Of a stretch of DNA of 64,000 nucleotides, positions 38,850 through 52,269 are shown piece after piece (the first letter of the stretch is position 1; each line of letters starts with the position of its first letter). The notes beneath the pieces were generated by a model. The model made no database searches and had not been told where the DNA came from. It worked only from the letters and a program-made list of their open reading frames with translations. The translations under genes and the position numbers were made by a program. This DNA comes from Amphiscolops sp. MND2022 (Eukaryota), in NCBI GenBank assembly GCA_964187785.1, contig OZ076418.1, forward strand, positions 56,482,001-56,546,000, read 5' to 3'.

Positions 38850-39720
38850 AAAATCATATTCATTGGAGAAGACATTATTATATTGCATATGTAAGTTCTC
38901 AAGTTGATCAATTTTTTCATACTTCTGAAAATTTTGCTTTTGGACTGAAAATTAAATAGATTTCCCTGTTCATTTCCTTGTCTTCTACAGATTTCCTTGT
39001 CTTCTACAGGGTAGGTTACTGCACTTGTATATTAATTTCATGTATTTAAACAGTTCGCTATTCCAATCAGTTGTATAACTTTTACTATACAAATTGGTTA
39101 TCAGGAACACTCATAGGGTCCCCGATTTGAAATTTAGGTTAATTCGGACTCTTATTTTCAGGCAGTTTTTTAGTTTATCAGTAGTTGACTTTTCACAAGG
39201 TGTTTTACGGTTTATGGCATGGGCACGAAGAATATATTTTTCCGAAGCACCATCCAGATGATTTGTCCAACAAGCTTTTACTTCAAACTACATTGGTTTT
39301 CTATAAGATCTAAAGATATTCTTTAGAACTGTTCAACAACACAAGCTTCTAAATCTGATGGTTTAAAAACTTTCATTTCTTACATCTTTCATTTTATTCA
39401 GGGAAATTCAAAAAGGTGTCCTGAAAAAATGATTATCCCCTATCGGAACACGCCTCATTTCGTTTTCGTTCTTCTTTTTCAATTAGAGTTTCAAAAACTT
39501 GTGTTGTTCCCGTTCCACTTTTGATAGGTAGGGAAATCCCCATGCTTTTTAGTTTGCATATCGAATTACCAAAATATAAACATAAACTTGCAGTCTTCGT
39601 TGTCTTTCGCTAGGGATGTTTTGATTTTCAGATCGACACTCATCGGTATGGTGAATTTCTATCATAACTCTTTCAAACTTTTTGATTACTGTGAAAAGTC
39701 ATTTCTTTAGCGATTGCCTT
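38850..39720 (-). pseudogene. Polinton retroviral-like integrase remnant
   Basis: Minus strand ...CKFMFILVI (cf. YKYILTVID) at ~39560-39605; PKFQIGD...SYTTDWNSELF (cf. PKFKVGD...GYTPNWSEEIF) at ~39050-39140. Confidence 0.7.
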
Positions 39721-40189
39721 TTCAAATCATTCATTTGTTATAAGTTTTTCGTCTTCAAATACCAAATCTATAGTGTAAAAAGGGAAATAATGACTGTAGT
39801 TGTATTTTCTCTAAGCACTGACACTTCTTATACAAAAATTCTTTGTATACTTTATCACCCAGTCAGTACTTTTTTTAAGTTAATTGTTTCAACTAATACT
39901 TAATAAACGAAGTGTTTGTGTTGAAAGTGATTAAAACTCTGGTTTGTTTGTGTTATTAAAAATGATGCAGAGAATGTAACAGCTTGAAATCAAACAATCA
40001 GTTCTATAGGTGTAAAATTGTGTTAGTGTAAATTACGTGTAAATATTATTTTGTTACAAAAAAACGAATACCATAATTCAACAAAACATTTATCAAAAAA
40101 CACCAAAAACATGCAAGAAATTAAAAAGGAAACAATAAAATTCGTACAAAAAATTGATGACAGTTTTGTTCAAAGTCAAATTGAAGATG

Positions 40190-40760
40190 AAATTGGTATA
40201 AAGGATACAATTGAGGAACCATTTACAGCTGTTACTTCAAATAGAACATTATTAGCTGGTCATTCAGTTTGTGGTAAAAACTCTCTGTAATTAAATAAAT
40301 TAAAATTACCACGCTTGGTTAATCCTGAACAACAACTACAAAACACCTAATTCGCCGGGACAGAACGAGAACATTAAAGACGTTCCAGTAGAACTTTTAG
40401 CAGATAGAACAATTTACGATTTTCAAAGTGCAGTTGATGCGTTTGCTGATATGTTGGATAGAAACCAGGAATTAATAGATCCATTTTTGATTAGAACAAG
40501 ATAATGATTCGCATGTTTCTTATTTCTCACATTCATGTTTCGACTTACCTAAAAGAGCAATCAAAAACAGCAGTAACATTATAATTTTAATTCAACGGAC
40601 AATAAAACTTAGTACAGTTATAGGGATAAAGCTGGTTTTGATGTCTTATGAAATTACCGAATTGTGTAGAGAGACATGGGAACGAAGAACCTAAATATTT
40701 ATTAATTTTAAAAAGCTAGATGATAATAAAAACGAAAAAGAGCTTTATTTAAATCTAATA
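40190..40760 (+). pseudogene. Polinton FtsK/A32-type packaging ATPase remnant
   Basis: Walker A-like NRTLLAGHSVCGKN (40240-40282); FDLPKRAIKNSSNIIIL...YRDKAGFD...ELCRETWE (~40540-40685). Confidence 0.75.
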
Positions 40761-42559
40761 AATTTTTACAAAATCTTCGGTACCGAACGGATCCTTATAA
40801 AATTTTAAACGAAAAAGTTCTTCTTTTAAAACATTTATATCTTCGTCTACTTTCACTCCTAGTTGTTCAAAACAGTCCAGAAGAAAATATGGTAAATTTT
40901 CGAGCCTCTATTTAAGTAAAAAATTTTTTAACTCATTAGATTGATAATCCCTTATAAAGAAATTTTTTTCAGGTATAAAGAATTTTCATTTAGAAAGTGA
41001 ACCAATCTCTGATATTGATTTGTTGTAATATGCTCATGTTTTTATAGTTCATCAGTAATTGCTATTATTTGTTCATTGAGTTGAGGCTTATCAGTCCCTT
41101 CTTGTTTGTCTGAGTAAGACAATTTCGAATGGTCTATAAGTTCGTTTGGATCAGATGGAAATTAAACTTCAACCCACTTCCGGTTTGAGTTAAAGTTTTA
41201 GTTTGTTGTTTCTGCCCGGTTTTTTATCTCCTGGAGTGTTGATATTATAATACATGTCAGCAAACAAAGCTCAAGTTACGCCCTGGTTTTGTATTTATCT
41301 ATCAATCTGTGCCTGATTTTTGGAAAACAAAAGATCGTTAACATTGAAACTGTAAGTGTTTAATCAATTGTATATATTGTATGTGTGGAAAGTCATTGAA
41401 ACTTTGAATAGTACTTGTTTGGGATTAGTATGGGTAATTGTGAACATTTCGAACTTCCTTGAACAGGATTTAAACTGAAATGACTTTGTTTTTGTGAAAA
41501 AGAAGGTTGGAAACTGTTTTAGCATATGACATGTCAACTTGGTAAGAACCAACATGATTGGTAGAAAGTTGAATATGGCGGTTGGAAATTTCATCAATTT
41601 TTTTCCTATTCTAATTGATTTTTTCGAAGTTTTTCTTCAAAGCACACTTTTAGATTCTTGCTTTGATTCAGTCTGTTCCTCTATTTCTTCAGCAAGTTTT
41701 TCCTTTTCCTTTCTTCTGAGTTTCAGTAACGGGTTCAAAAACGTTTTTCGTATCACAATGTTTCCTTCCAACGCTTCCCAAGATTTCCGTTTATCCTTTC
41801 AGCTTTCAATAATGATTTTGTTTCTTTCAGATTTTTTCTTTGTTTTTTTTTCAATCATCACGACTATGAAGAAAACATTCCTTATTTACAAAAAAACATA
41901 GTTTTTGTTCTAAGTTTTGCATTAAACCTTGTATGTTAGGCTTTAAATTTAAATATAAAAGTAATATAAAGTTTACAAGGTTTAATGACATTCAAAAATG
42001 ATCCTCAAAATGAAAGAAAATGAATGAAACCAATTAGTGAAATTATTTGGATTAACGTTATATGAAGAATTATTTTTTGAAAATAGTTGTAAATGTTTCT
42101 CAGAAACGTGATTTATTGTTCTTCTAAATGAATTGGGAACATCTTTGCCGCTTGCTGTAGTGAAGCGGGAATTTGGTTTTTGGTCAGCACTTTTCATAGC
42201 AGTTACTTTTTTTAGGACCAACGAAGTGACAGATTTCATAAGTTTTATAAGACTTTCCTTATGCAAATGCAAGCTCTTTCTTGATGAACAAAATTTATAA
42301 CATCAGGGGCTGTTACAGGAAAAAGTTTTGGATTTTTACTTGCTGCTGCAGCTCCTATGTTTACTAAAATTTCTAACTGTCTGCCAGGATTGTTGAAACT
42401 TTTCTTTCCACGCGAAAATTTGCAGCTTTCCGGAACGAAGAAAAGAGGATTCCAAATCATCTTGCCTGTATAGTTTGATCAGATGCAATAAATGATTTTT
42501 TTCTCTTACATATAGCACAAGTACCTCCTTATGAAGTAACAGAAGCTCCTGTTGTTTAA

Positions 42560-43560
42560 TTTGAGTATTACCTGCTTTTATATGGAAGTGGCTGATAAGT
42601 GTTTACCACCAACACAAAAGAGTTTTTAATTTTAATTGAACTCCTCAATTAGAACAAAAAACTTTTCGTCAATTTTGAATTTAGATGATATGAATTGTGA
42701 ATGGTATAGACTCCTTTTTAGAATCCACTGGGTTGTGGTTAGGTATGGAAAATTGGAGTTTTCTAATTTTGTTTGTATGTTTTTATACAAAGCTGCGGTT
42801 GGCACTGTTATAATTTTTTATCCTGGAGGAGTATTATAAAAAAAAGAATATATTGCTATTTCTCTCTCCATTAAAGTTTGAGCTATCTATACAACCACAC
42901 TTTAGATGAACTTTGTCTAAGAATGCAATCATATTTTTTTCCTCCTTCTTAATAGTATTTGTTTGAAAGTTCTACGATTTTGTTAGGTTCTGAAATTAAA
43001 ACTTATCTGGGCTTGAGGTTGTTGAAACTGATTTTCTTGATTTTTTCTCTGCTTCTAACTGAGATTCAAAACTAGGATCAGAAAGTTGTTTTGTAATAGT
43101 TCGATTTATGCTAAATCATTCGTACACTCCTGGTGTTAACACTATTTCAAAGAAATCATTTTTAATTTCAAAGGAAGAATTAATTACCAGATACTCGGAA
43201 TATTTTGGTTTCTTTTAGTGGAGTGGAATTTTGTTGTTGGTTAAAAGCTTCAAGTATTTTTCATTCCTTGGTCAATATCTTTTCTGGTAAGTTTTTTAGG
43301 AGAACCATCAACCATAACTTCAGAGCGTTTCCTACAAATTCATTCTTGTTACAGATTCTGTATAAAAGTTCAATCTTCATTCCAAGTTCTTGTGAGTGGT
43401 TGGTCTTTCAGAAGTTTGTTGCTGGTGGGTGTTATAATAAAAACCGTAATATATACTTCCAAACTTGTAACGCCTATCATCCATTTTTCAGACCATTCCA
43501 GGGTTTTGAAAGAAAAATATTATTTTTGCTCATCACTTTTAAATTCTAAAAAATTTTAGA
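42560..43560 (-). pseudogene. Polinton minor capsid (penton)-like remnant
   Basis: Minus strand DKVHLKCGCIDSSNFNGERNS (~42860-42925) resembles the Maverick minor-capsid motif DKxHLKCDCIxGSxxNG. Confidence 0.55.
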
Positions 43561-43734
43561 TCAGTTGGAAGAAATCAGTTTTTTGAAATCAGTTGGAAGA
43601 AATATAGCAAGCTTCATTCATTTTTTTAAAAATTAACATTTAATTTAAATACCATTAAAAATCTTTAATTCTGCTGACGGTCATTTTATATAACGGCTCA
43701 AAATTTGTTTTATGCAGTTTTGAAGCTCATATTT

Positions 43735-44469
43735 TGTAACGGAAAGTGCTTAGCGTTTATCCACTACGCAGGGCGGAGGAACTGAAGCCATGGGTGATGA
43801 TCCGGGACTGATCGCCATGATTCCAGTTCATTTTGTCCTCCTGGGGAGTGCCGGTCCCGAGAAGGGAGAACCGTCTCTAAGGTTGCTTTCTGACCGGTTC
43901 CGGTCTGTAACTGCTACCAGTCACATGAAACACGCTTTTTTCCTCGTATCCACTGTGCAAACAGCCTGTAAAAATTGGGTTAAGCTGCATAGAACTGAAT
44001 TGAACGGTCCAGATGGAACTCCATCATTAATAACAATAACATTACCAGAGGTAGCTCTCGAGTGAAGAATTCATCAAACAACTAATTAACACATCAAAAG
44101 GGTACAAAAATCCAGTTTGGCATGTCTAAAATCACTCTGGGTGGCATGGCACTGGTTCTTGGGTTCCACACAACCCCGGGTCCGGGCACTGCAATCACTC
44201 GGACATGCTGAATTCGTCTGATTTTTGATGTATACCGTGGGAATTAGCGCATAGGCTTACGATTTTTCGGTTTCGTGACATTGTACGCACTTCTCTTGTC
44301 GGTATGTCACTTTTTTCCGCCTCGCGGGATTGTCGATCCACGCTCTCTATAATTTGTGCGGGACTGGTACATCGTGAACACATGTTTGAGGGCCACGTCA
44401 CTTTCGAACAAAATTTTCAGAAAATTGTCAAACGTCAAAAATTTTTGTCGGTCACAGGGTGCCGTTACA
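43735..44469 (-). repeat. 3' LTR of Gypsy D (735 bp)
   Basis: tgtaacggaaag...gccgttaca; the minus-strand polypurine tract AGGGAGTGGA abuts it at 44470-44479. Confidence 0.95.
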
Positions 44470-45238
44470 TCCACTCCCTGGGCTCCTGGCTTGTCGTCCC
44501 TGGCAAGCATCGGGGGTTTTCGTTTGAAGACAGGACATTGCGCATGCTGTGGATACATCTTGAAGTTGATGTGCCGTTGCATAGAACAGCCACTCTTGAG
44601 ATGTTGCCTTTTCGGATCTTATCGTAATTTTACTACAAGACCTAATATTTTTTACAAAAAAATTGAGACGTTCGTAGCACCAGCTCGAGAGGTTGAGCTT
44701 CTAAAGTGGCTTAAGCCAATTTTAGCACCGGTGAGGACTAAAATGTCTTTTGCGGCAAGTACCTTGCTAAAATGTCTTTGTCTCATTTTTGTAGAGATCC
44801 GTTTTTTGCAGGTTTCGTTTAAAACATCGTCTCTCAATAGCGTATAAGCTCGGTTTACAAACAGACAGTCGATAGAGTGTACAAGACTCAGCTAAAGGGT
44901 ATCAATTGGAGTTTAAAAGATTATTTTTTGGCGACTATGCCTTTGCACCTGGTTTTCTCCTTTTGACAACGCCGAAGGCGTTTATTGAAAGAAAATTTTG
45001 TTAGCTTGATCATTTCTTTTCTCATGAGCTTTGTTATCGTAATGCTAGCACAAGGGGCAGGCGCACTCTTTGGCCATACACCCGAGGCGTAAATCTAAAT
45101 CAAAAGGTCTAACTAACAACAGTTAACTAAAATTGCACCAATTGAATGCAGCACCGTAAGAAGGCTATGAAGTTTTTTTGGAGTTTTCATTGCGGAAGGC
45201 CCTGCTTCGTTTGATTGGTTGATAAAGTTTCAAGTCCA

Positions 45239-47313
45239 TCAAAACGTCAACAGTTTATTGAATGGCAGATTTGTTCCTGCTTTGAAGGCTTTCCTGCTTC
45301 GAGGAGAAACTTCTCTTGGGGGTGAGGCATCGCTCACTGACGCTCGTCGGACTGGCGAAGGCACAACAGTTTCGGCAACGGTATCAATAGTGAGGTCTCC
45401 GATAGGTTCTGCCAGCTCTACATTTGGGGTCAGCTCTGCTGCTTGTTCTCCAGAAGGACTAGGAGTTACAGGCATAGCTGTGTTATCTACTGTAACTTTC
45501 GCTTCATTGGTATTAGCTTCTACCGTCAATGGTTGCTCCAATGACATCGCCATAGTGGGAGGCTGTAACGATTGTGGCGCATATCGAGCAGCGCGTTCTT
45601 CTTCAGCGCGGTGATTGGCTGCCAAGGCTACAAGCTTTGATACCCAGCCAGCTTGCTTCCAGAGTGCGGAAGCTTGTTTCCACACGTCGAAGTTGCTAAA
45701 TTCCAGGTTGAGGCATTCTTCGTCCCACTCGGCGCGCATTTCTGCGCCTAATACCTGGTTCACTATGTCCAATAAAGACAATGGCATATCTCCGGACATG
45801 GTCATGCGTCCTTGTGGGCGCCATGCAGGCTCATACTGCGAGGGACCATTCTACGCGACAGGTTGCGATCACGCACCAGTGCCGCCACGTGAATCCATTT
45901 GGGTACATTGGTCACGTCTAAGTGCCGTAATTGATGATCCAGCAACTCCTTCCCGCGTCCAATTGGGCGTGTGCGAGGGTGGGCTACTGGTTCTTTCCAG
46001 TAGCGATTGGGTACCTGGATAAATTTGAACTTGTAGTCCGAACGGACATGCAGGCTAAGCTGCAGGCAGGGATTTATCATTTTCTTGATAGAGTCCGACG
46101 ACCAAGGAAACCGGAATGGTTGTCCATTTAAGTCGACAGGAGCATTAAGCCAATTGATGGGACCGTATTCCCTTGGTAAGACGACGACTTTGCGCGAGCG
46201 GGCACGGACAACACCCATCATATTTTCTTCCACTTATTGCTCAGTCTTGACAGTGGTGTACGCTTGAGGTACTTCGCCACTGTATGTTTCTCGTATCATT
46301 TGGGCATAGCTCATAGGCGGGCTTCCTTGAAGGTACGTGAAAATGGATACCGTTGCAACATGCACTGCTAGAGATACTGGCTTGGTTGGATAACGTAATA
46401 GTCCAAGAGCTCCAAACATTGGGATTAAAACGGGAGCTACACTGGGACTAAATCCTCTACTTCGGCTAGCGTCAGGTCAGCCAATTGTTGCGGCATCGGA
46501 AAGTCCGGGTTCTCACGAGGCAACTGCGCGTCTGGATCGTGTAGGGGTTGAGCTTGGTCTGCTCCTACAAATAATCCTAATGCATAGATCAGTGTGGAAT
46601 AGAGCCAGTGTTGCACGGAAGCTCTCATTCGGAACAAATGCTCTGTGTAGTTGTGTCTGTTTTGTGCGAAGAGAATATCTCCACACCCAAGCAAGCTGGT
46701 TAGTTTTCCTTGAGCTAAGACTAGGTACGTGTAGAATTCTAGCACTCCACCTGACGTGACTAAGTCTACGACGATGGCTAGCGGTCCGGCTACGAACTTA
46801 GTAGGCCCAAGGGCTAGCGCAAGGACTAACACTTCATTTATTGAAGTTTCTTTGAGTGTTTCGGTGAGTCTTTGCAGCTGGTCGTCTGTCAGGTTGAACT
46901 CGCCTGCGACGACGTCCATAATGCCAACCTAATCCAAAACTTGTCAGCAATGCTTGGAAAGAGACAGATAGGGCTCGTGCGATCATTTCTAGAGTGACTC
47001 TGGCCAGGCAATCATTGTACCAATCCCCGTAAGTGGCCACTTTGGCTTGAATCAAATTGCTAAGGGTCACGGCTTCATGGGCTACAATGTTCCTAAAGCC
47101 CAGTGGCATTTTGATAAATTCTGTGTTGTCGGCGAATTGGATCTGGGGAAGGGTCCTTTCGACCTCTCGGTTAAGTGGCCATCGATTTAATTGATCCCAG
47201 ACTGCTTCAAGGTCCGCCTTGATGGTGTTGGGATGTGGTTCGCGCACCAGCCAGTTGTACCTGCGCATATTTTCACGCTCTGCAATGGGCCTTCTGAGCC
47301 AATTCGTTCTCAT
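45239..47313 (-). pseudogene. Extra ORF3 of Gypsy D at the env position, function unknown, in five fragments
   Basis: Abutting or overlapping minus-strand ORFs 46834-47313, 46437-46919, 46234-46419, 45802-46233 and 45239-45805 between integrase and the polypurine tract. Confidence 0.55.
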
Positions 47314-50300
47314 GTCTCATCGAAGGTTAGCGTGCCTAGACGCATTCCATGATCAAAGTACATTGCATCGTCCCACGTTAGTTGGGCATTGTCACCACGT
47401 TCCACTGGTTGCAATAAACGTGACATTACTGCCAAGTATGCGTGTACTGAGACCGATGGGTCGGTGATTGCTTCAGGATGGGGTTGGGTGTGAATTTGTT
47501 GTGGGGAGTAGGTAGGGATGGGAAGCATCTCGTTATGCGTTTCTTCGTCTGTTTCGGAAGTGGAGTAGTCGAATTGCTGGTAATGCTGTCGGGTTCCTCC
47601 CGCGCGCAGCTTTGTGCGCAATCGCGTGTCCATCCAGTGACGCTGACGAGAAGGTAACGAAGCATTCGAAGCCTCTGAAAGCAGTTGTTTAGATTTATAG
47701 GAAAATTTAGAACAGTCATCGTTAATAGGTTCGATGGAGTGTTCAGGCTCCGGGTCCATATCCACGGCTCCGGTCCATAACCACATACGGACGTCGCCGG
47801 TATCAAGAGGAGTGGCGACAAATTCAAGGGGGCCACTATTATGCGGTTTGAGACGTTCAAAGTGGACCTTTTGACCTGTATCCAGGATGTAAACACGTCC
47901 ATCTTGTAAGGTGTGCACTACACGGCGTGGGCCACGCCAATGGCGCATTAATTTGGGAGAACATTTTTGGGGAACGTACCGACAGAAAACCCATACTAAA
48001 GCGCCTTTCGCGTAGGCTTCAGCTCTTATTGCGCGATAGTATTTAAGCTTTTGTCGCAGCTGAGCTTGGTGTGTGTTTCGGCGCAGCAAGTCATGAATTT
48101 CCTGTTGGCGTGCTAACACATGGCTTAACTACATACGCATCATGTGTAGGAAAGGACTTAGTGGCAAATTCAGGGTACAAGTAGGTAAGAGGTATCGCCT
48201 TTTCTGTACCCCGGGTTAACATGTAGGGTGAAAACCCTGTGGTTGCATGGCGTGTAGAGTTATACGCGCCAATGACCTCATCCAGGTGCTGGTCCCAGTC
48301 GCGCATTCGACGCGAACAGAAAACTCGTAATAACGTGAGCAAAGTACGGTTTCGGCGTTCCACTAAGCCTTGCATACGTGGATGGCCAGCTGTGGAGGTT
48401 ACTTTTTTGACCTGAGAGGCCTTCATGAATTCATTGGAAAGTTCCGCCGTAAGATTCGGAGCATTGTCCGATTGCATCCGGGTAGGTGTACCGTGGCGAG
48501 CGAACCACTTTTGAAGCAATAAACGGGAGGTGGTGATGGCTTCTTTATCGTAATGACTACAAGGGATGTCTTCGGCAAATTTCGAGAAATGGTCAATTAT
48601 GACCAAGATCCCGGTATTACCGTCATCAGTGGGACAAATTTTCATGTGGTCATATTGCACCATTTCATTAAAATATCCACTTTGAATGATTTTGAGGTGG
48701 AAGCGTACGTCCCCAGGCTTGTCTCGGACCTGTTGGCATGTGAGACATTCGCTGACATATTCACCCACGGTGCGGCGAATCCCAGGCCAGGTATGGCGTT
48801 CTTGTACGCGAGCCACAACTTTGCTAATGCCTTGGTGTCCCATGGCATCATGTGCACGAAAAAGGATTTCGTGTTGTTACAATTGAGGCATTGCAATCAT
48901 GCAGGGTCGCTCATGCAGCGGACGTTGTGAAGCCGGGTATTTCACACAGAGAACACCGTTTGAACTCAAGAACAGTAACTCCTTCTTTTGTTTGAAACAG
49001 TTGCGGGCAAAAGTACGAGCATCTTCCGGAAAGATGTCTTGATTTATGGACTAGCATTCTCCATGGACTAGCCTTCTGATCGCTGGGACATGGACGTCCC
49101 GGATCTGGGCCAATACCAGGTCCTCAATCCCATGGACAGTGTGGGTATGTTCGTGAAGCTCAGTATTCACACTGCGAAGTGCCATTACTGCCTGCTTGAT
49201 GTGGGTAGGCGCATTGTGCAATGTTGCGCCTTCGATGTTAGCCACGTCATAGGTAGTACGTGGGGCAATGTTGGTTCCTCTGGGTACTCAGGATAGAAAT
49301 CTTCGTGGGCGTGCAGGATGGGAGGTGGCGTTGAGGGTAGTGGACGTTGTAAGGCTTCGATTCGCTTAGCCCGCCTCTTCGCTCGTTTTGAGCGACGAAT
49401 CACGCGTTGAACCAGGTCAGGGGGATTTGGTTGTAGATTCTTCAGGTGTATTGGTAGTTCAGGATGATTAGAAATTACCAGTCCTTGCTGATCAAACCAG
49501 GGTGCGGTGGGGAGCCGTTCGTATTCGTTCTGGAATAAGAAATTCCAACGCTCTGCAACTGGTGGTAGTTTTTCAAGCTGTCGTTCTCTCCATCGGCAAT
49601 CATTGGTGCGTTTGGACAAACTATCGGCATTGCGATGTTGCGCTCGTGGTCGATGTTCGACACGGAAATGGTTTTTTTTCCAATGCCATGATCCATCTGC
49701 CAATAAGAGCTTGATCCGTGGAACAGGTTTTTAGCCATGAAGGTGCTTGATTATCCACTCTCAGCGTGAAGTTTCGGGGACACAAGTAGCTGTGGTTTTT
49801 GACGATGAAATGGTATGCCGCGTACATTTCTAGCTTCGGCGCTCCGTATTTGGGTTGGGTGGCAGTAAGCTTTTTACTGCCATATACGATGGGGCGTAGC
49901 CGCCTTTCTCCTGGTGTGCCTTGCCACTGATGGAGAATGCCTGAAATTGCAACAGCACTGGCATCAGTATCCAGCACAAATTCTCCTTCGGAATCCGCTT
50001 GTGCCAGAGCGGTGGCATCGATGAGTGCTTTTTTTTATTTCGTTGAAAGCCAATTGTTGTTCCGTTCCCCAGTCAAAAGTGGCTTTGATTCCGGTAATCG
50101 CGTGCAATGGAGCCACCAAGTTGGCGTGCCACGGAATGAACTCACGGTAATAATTGGCAAAGCCTAGAAAGCTTTGCATCTCCGTTTTGTTACGTGGTAT
50201 TTCCCAGTCACGTAGCTTCGAGACAGCCTTGGGATCCGGCTTTATACCTTCTGATGACACTACGCGTCCAATGTACTTGATCTCAGACTTCATATAGTCA

Positions 50301-52157
50301 CATTTAGCAACTCTCATCTTGAAGCCGGCTTCTCGCAAGCATTCAAAAACCTCGCGAAGCCGTACCATGTGATCTTCCACTGTTTCTGTGGCGACAACGA
50401 TGTCATCGATGTAGGCCATCACCATGCTACCTTCACGATTCACGATCTTACGTAGAGCCCGTGCTATTGCTCTTTGGAAGGTGGCAGAGGCATTGCACAT
50501 CCCGAAGGGCATGCGTCGCCATTCAAACAGTCCTAGCTCGCAGGCGAAGGCAGTTTTTTGACGGTCGGCTTTGCCAACAGGAATTTGTCAGAAAGCCCAA
50601 GCTAGGTCTATACTGGTGTAGATTTTAGCTTTGCCCAGCCTGGCGAGGCTCTCATCTATCCGAGGCAATGAATACGCATCTTTGACGGTGACCTCATTCA
50701 AGGGACGGAAGTCACAACAAAAGCGTAACTCGCCATTCTTTTTCTTGACCATGACTATCCCACTTGCCCAAGGTGACAGGGAGGGTTGGATCATGCCCAG
50801 TGCGAGCAAATTACGTACCTCCTAATTAGCACGTTCTGCCCTTTCAGGAGACATACGTCTAGCTCCCTCACGGTGGGGTACTGGGCCTGATTCTAATTCA
50901 ACGGGGTGTTTGGCTATGGTGCATCGACCAATGTCAGTCTTGTATTTCATGAACAAATCATCAAATTCGGTCAAAATGTTTTCTAATGAGGCGCTGGCCT
51001 TTGGACCCCAAAGGTTCTGGACCTCTTTAAGCTGTGACTCAGGTCCCTGTACTGGAGCCATGAGTTCGGGACCCGTACGCTTACGTACCTCACGTTCTGA
51101 AAGACATTCCTCGGTGGGGTCTGTTGACGACAAAATCTCAAATTCAGAAGAAGAAGTTAATTGTGAATCAGTATCATAATTCATCTCTTCATAAATCCTA
51201 ATAACAAACGCAAATTGGTCATTTTCGACCTGAGTTCGTAAAGCTGAGTAGGGTGCAAACTGTTGTGGAATGGCTCGATAGACCAACGACACAGGAACCA
51301 CCTTACCCAGCTGAGTTCCCCTTCGTATCCGTTGTGGGTTACTGGTCAGGTTTAGCACGCTGACAAAAACATAGCCTGCTTCCCTGACAGTGGCAACGCT
51401 GTCCTCTAAAAACACAATATTTTGCAGCGATGTGTCGGCTATTGCCGCATTCAACATCACATTTTGGAATATCAACGGTTCAAGGTCGTCAGTGACCACT
51501 TTCGCTTTGACCACTGTTCGTTCGAATAGCCGCAGAACCAAGTCGCTATCTAAAGCGACGGAAGTGGCTATGGAAGTATCACCTATCTGCGTACGTGAAT
51601 GATGCCAGACAAGTTTCACTGGGGCACGGACCACAATCTTCATGGAGGTCAGATCCACGAGTACTTGATAGGTTCGGAGGAAGTTACGACCTAGTAGGAA
51701 GTCTTCTACGCCCATGGCATCATCCACAACGACGAAATTGGTTTCAAGTTGGTAGCCAACTGATTCCTAATTGGAAGCGAATCTGCTCTGCCAATCCAAA
51801 GGTCTTAATTTTTTTGCCGTTGGCGGCATACAAGTCGATTTGGTACGGTTTCAGTACAGTGCCTGTTTGGGAGGCTATACGGTTGAAAGCTGAAAAAGTT
51901 AGGATAGATACGCCCGAACTTGTGTCAACAAGGCCTCGCAAAGGGATTGGGGCCGCCTGGGGCACCACGAAGGAGACTACAAGGGCGGCGCGCTCGTCTA
52001 TCCGTGTTTCACAAGAAGGTTCTTGATGATTGATGTTGTAACACTTGAGTTCCTGCGCACCCAAGCAATTTCCGCAAATTCCAGGAGGAAAGACGCCCAC
52101 TACCACACAGGCCTCAAACATCACTTCTACTCCATTAATTTTGGTGCAGATGGGCAC
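47310..52157 (-). pseudogene. pol: Gypsy D pol (protease, RT, RNase H, integrase), fragmented
   Basis: Protease LVDTSSGVS; RT LRFCCDFRPLN, MPFGMCNASATFQR, YIDD; RNase H LDTDAS, HRNADSLS; integrase GHQG...CLTC, IDHFSK, SDNAPN, GLVER; WRGP motif. Confidence 0.95.
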
Positions 52158-52269
52158 AGGAGAATAGGTTGTGAGTGTGTCAGAGTCCCCTGGGCGTACA
52201 ATTCTTTGGGACGGGGTATTTCCACACGTTTGTATAAGGTTTGTAGTTCAACCCACAGTTTGGCTAACG

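Noticed and set aside
43790-44582. ORFs inside the LTRs (also 57695-58371)
   Set aside because: They differ in frame and length between the two LTR copies; probably incidental.
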